Shown here: one piece after another, positions 62,196 to 64,000 of the stretch | Numbering within the stretch: the first letter of the stretch is position 1 | How the letters are laid out: the number at the start of each line of letters is the position of its first letter | Assembly: GCF_018350175.1 (NCBI RefSeq) | Contig: NC_058383.1 | Coordinates: forward strand, 21,516,001 to 21,580,000 | From: Felis catus | Lineage: Eukaryota | Direction of reading: 5' to 3' | DNA: 64,000 nt | Notes under the pieces: generated by a model | What the model was told of the DNA's origin: nothing | Seen by the model: the letters and a program-made list of their open reading frames with translations, nothing else | The model's database searches: none | Translations under genes and position numbers: made by a program

Positions 62196-62946
62196 GAAAT
62201 AAATGCAGTAAATGCTGCCGTGGGGGGATGAGCACCCTAGTTCCTGAGGCCTCGCTGCTTGTGGGGCCCCTCCCTCCCAGACCCCCCATTTCCTGGGGCA
62301 GAGGACAGCAAGCGGCTTCCAGGACCTGCATACTGTCTCCCCCACCCCATCCCGACTGCCATACTTCCTCCTCATGTAAATCCCCTCCCTCTTCCTCCGA
62401 ACCCCCCGCCCCCTACCTCCAGCCTTCCCCAGGGCCCTGCCCAGGACTCAAGGGGATTCCAGCTCCTTCAAGGTCTTCCTTTTCTTGGAGACCCTTTCCC
62501 AGTGTGGAAGCAGCCACAGGGACAATGCAGAGAACCCACATGGGACACCTTGCATGGTGTCTCAGTCTGCTGAGCCCCGGCAAGAATGGGGCATTTCTGC
62601 TCCAGCCCCCACTTCCCTGACCCACACCTGGGCCTCGTCAGCCCCAGGACCCCATTCACCTCCGACGCCCCAAACGTTCATCAGTACAGCCCTCTCACTT
62701 GCTAACTCTGGTGATGCTTTGGGATCTGACCAAGACTTCTGGTCCCTAACCAGTGCCTCTTCTCTTGGGTGTTAGCTCATTCCTCATGTTCTTCCTTCTG
62801 AATCCATCAAAGACCCTGCTGCTGAGTTATTTCAACAATATTTAATTGCACATCTCCTGTGTACCAGGCACAACTCTAGGAGAGAACAGAAATGGTTCCC
62901 ACTCTCCTAGAGCTGACAATCTAATGGGAGACGCACACAGTCTAGG

Positions 62947-63085
62947 AAAGTGGTTCTCAACCGAGGATGATTTTGTACCTCCCTAGGGAACATTTGGCAA
63001 CGCCTGGAGACGACTTGGCTGTCACAATTTGGGGTGTGGGGTGCTGCCAGCATCTACTTGGTAGAGACCAGGCATGCTGAGAAAT
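62947..63085. mobile_element. MER20 fragment
   Basis: agtggttctcaaccgagg...gggaacatttggcaacgcctggagac...gcatctacttggtagagaccagg. Confidence 0.8.
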
Positions 63086-63824
63086 GAGAAAGCTTGGTTT
63101 ACTAGAAGAGGCACACAGTCTATTGGGAGACATCTGAGTTTAATAGCCACATGAGCTAATGCAAAGCAGCAAAGGTCACAATATGATGAAGAAGGAAATT
63201 TAACCTCATCAGGGAGGTCAGAGGGGCTTTTTGGAGGAATTATTGCTTAAAGTAGGATTTGAAAGATGAACAGGAGGTAACCTCCCTGTGAATGAAAAAG
63301 AAATTTCCAGCAAGAAGGGTAAGCATTGTAATGGTCACATCACAAGGCGAGGATGGGGAACCGATGGGACCTGGCATGCAGCTGACATTTGGCTCAATAA
63401 ATGCATCTTCAATCAATGAATGAATGAACGGATCACACATACAACTGGTCTGTAAGTTTCCTGATGGGTGGCGTTAGCATTATCCCATTCTCAAACAACG
63501 GTGGACAAAAATCAGTATTACGTGGATAATTGACTTAAATGTGAAAAGTTCTAAAAGACAATATAGGAAAATATCTTTATGACCTTGGAGTAGGAAAATA
63601 TTTTTTAAACAGAACATGAAAGACAGGAAAAAGTGATAAATGTGACTGCATTGCAGTTGAGAACTGCGTATCAAAAACATCATTAAGAGACTGGAAAGGC
63701 AAACCACAGAGTAGAAAAAGATACATATATACATTTGCAACACCTAAAACCACCCCAAGGGCTTGTTTCCAGAATATATAAAGAACCTCTGCAAATCAAT
63801 AAGAAGCTCTATAACCTAATAATA

Positions 63825-63827
63825 ATT

Positions 63828-63866
<39 letters not shown>

Positions 63867-64000
63867 TTTTAATGTTTATTTATTTTTGACAGAGAGAGAC
63901 AGAGCAAGAGTGGAGGAGGGACAGAGAGAGGAGACCCAGAATCTGAAACAGGCTCCAGGCTCTGAGCTGACAGCTCAGAGCCCGACGCGGGGCTCGAACT
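63825..64000 (-). mobile_element. SINEC_Fc with (TTTA)n tail, cut by the window end
   Basis: (ttta)n then gagagagac...ggctccaggctctgagctg. Confidence 0.88.

Overview
Mammalian genomic DNA from a feliform carnivoran, most likely a felid, judged from the dense tRNA-derived CanSINE/SINEC_Fc elements. Two genes converge tail to tail. On the + strand is the 3' part of ARHGAP17 (RICH1/Nadrin): 9 canonical coding exons at 196-27523 covering the end of the RhoGAP domain, the proline-rich tail and the ESTAL PDZ-binding terminus, with poly(A) signals at 27912 and 28236. On the - strand are the last 11 coding exons of SLC5A11 (SMIT2/SGLT6), 59814 down to 34922, with a poly(A) signal at 34844. Every splice junction is GT-AG and phase-consistent, and both reading frames are intact. 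The rest is intron and about 6.5 kb of intergenic DNA filled with SINEC, L1, L2, MIR, MaLR and DNA-transposon fossils. Main observations: (1) a 49-nt stop-containing exon at 23143-23191, absent from the ORF track, would switch the ARHGAP17 C-terminus from ...ESTAL to ...VTDV, should escape NMD, and is followed by a QKI/RBFOX motif cluster; (2) an ancient, normally AT-rich L1MC fragment has become a CpG island next to an exon enriched in Ala/Pro/Gly substitutions, consistent with GC-biased gene conversion; (3) a recursive-splice-like AG|GTAAG exon start in SLC5A11; (4) an unassigned, degenerate coding-like fossil in an SLC5A11 intron. Gene and repeat assignments come from recalled sequences, not database searches. 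Exon numbers are counted back from the last exon by analogy to human, and repeat boundaries are approximate.
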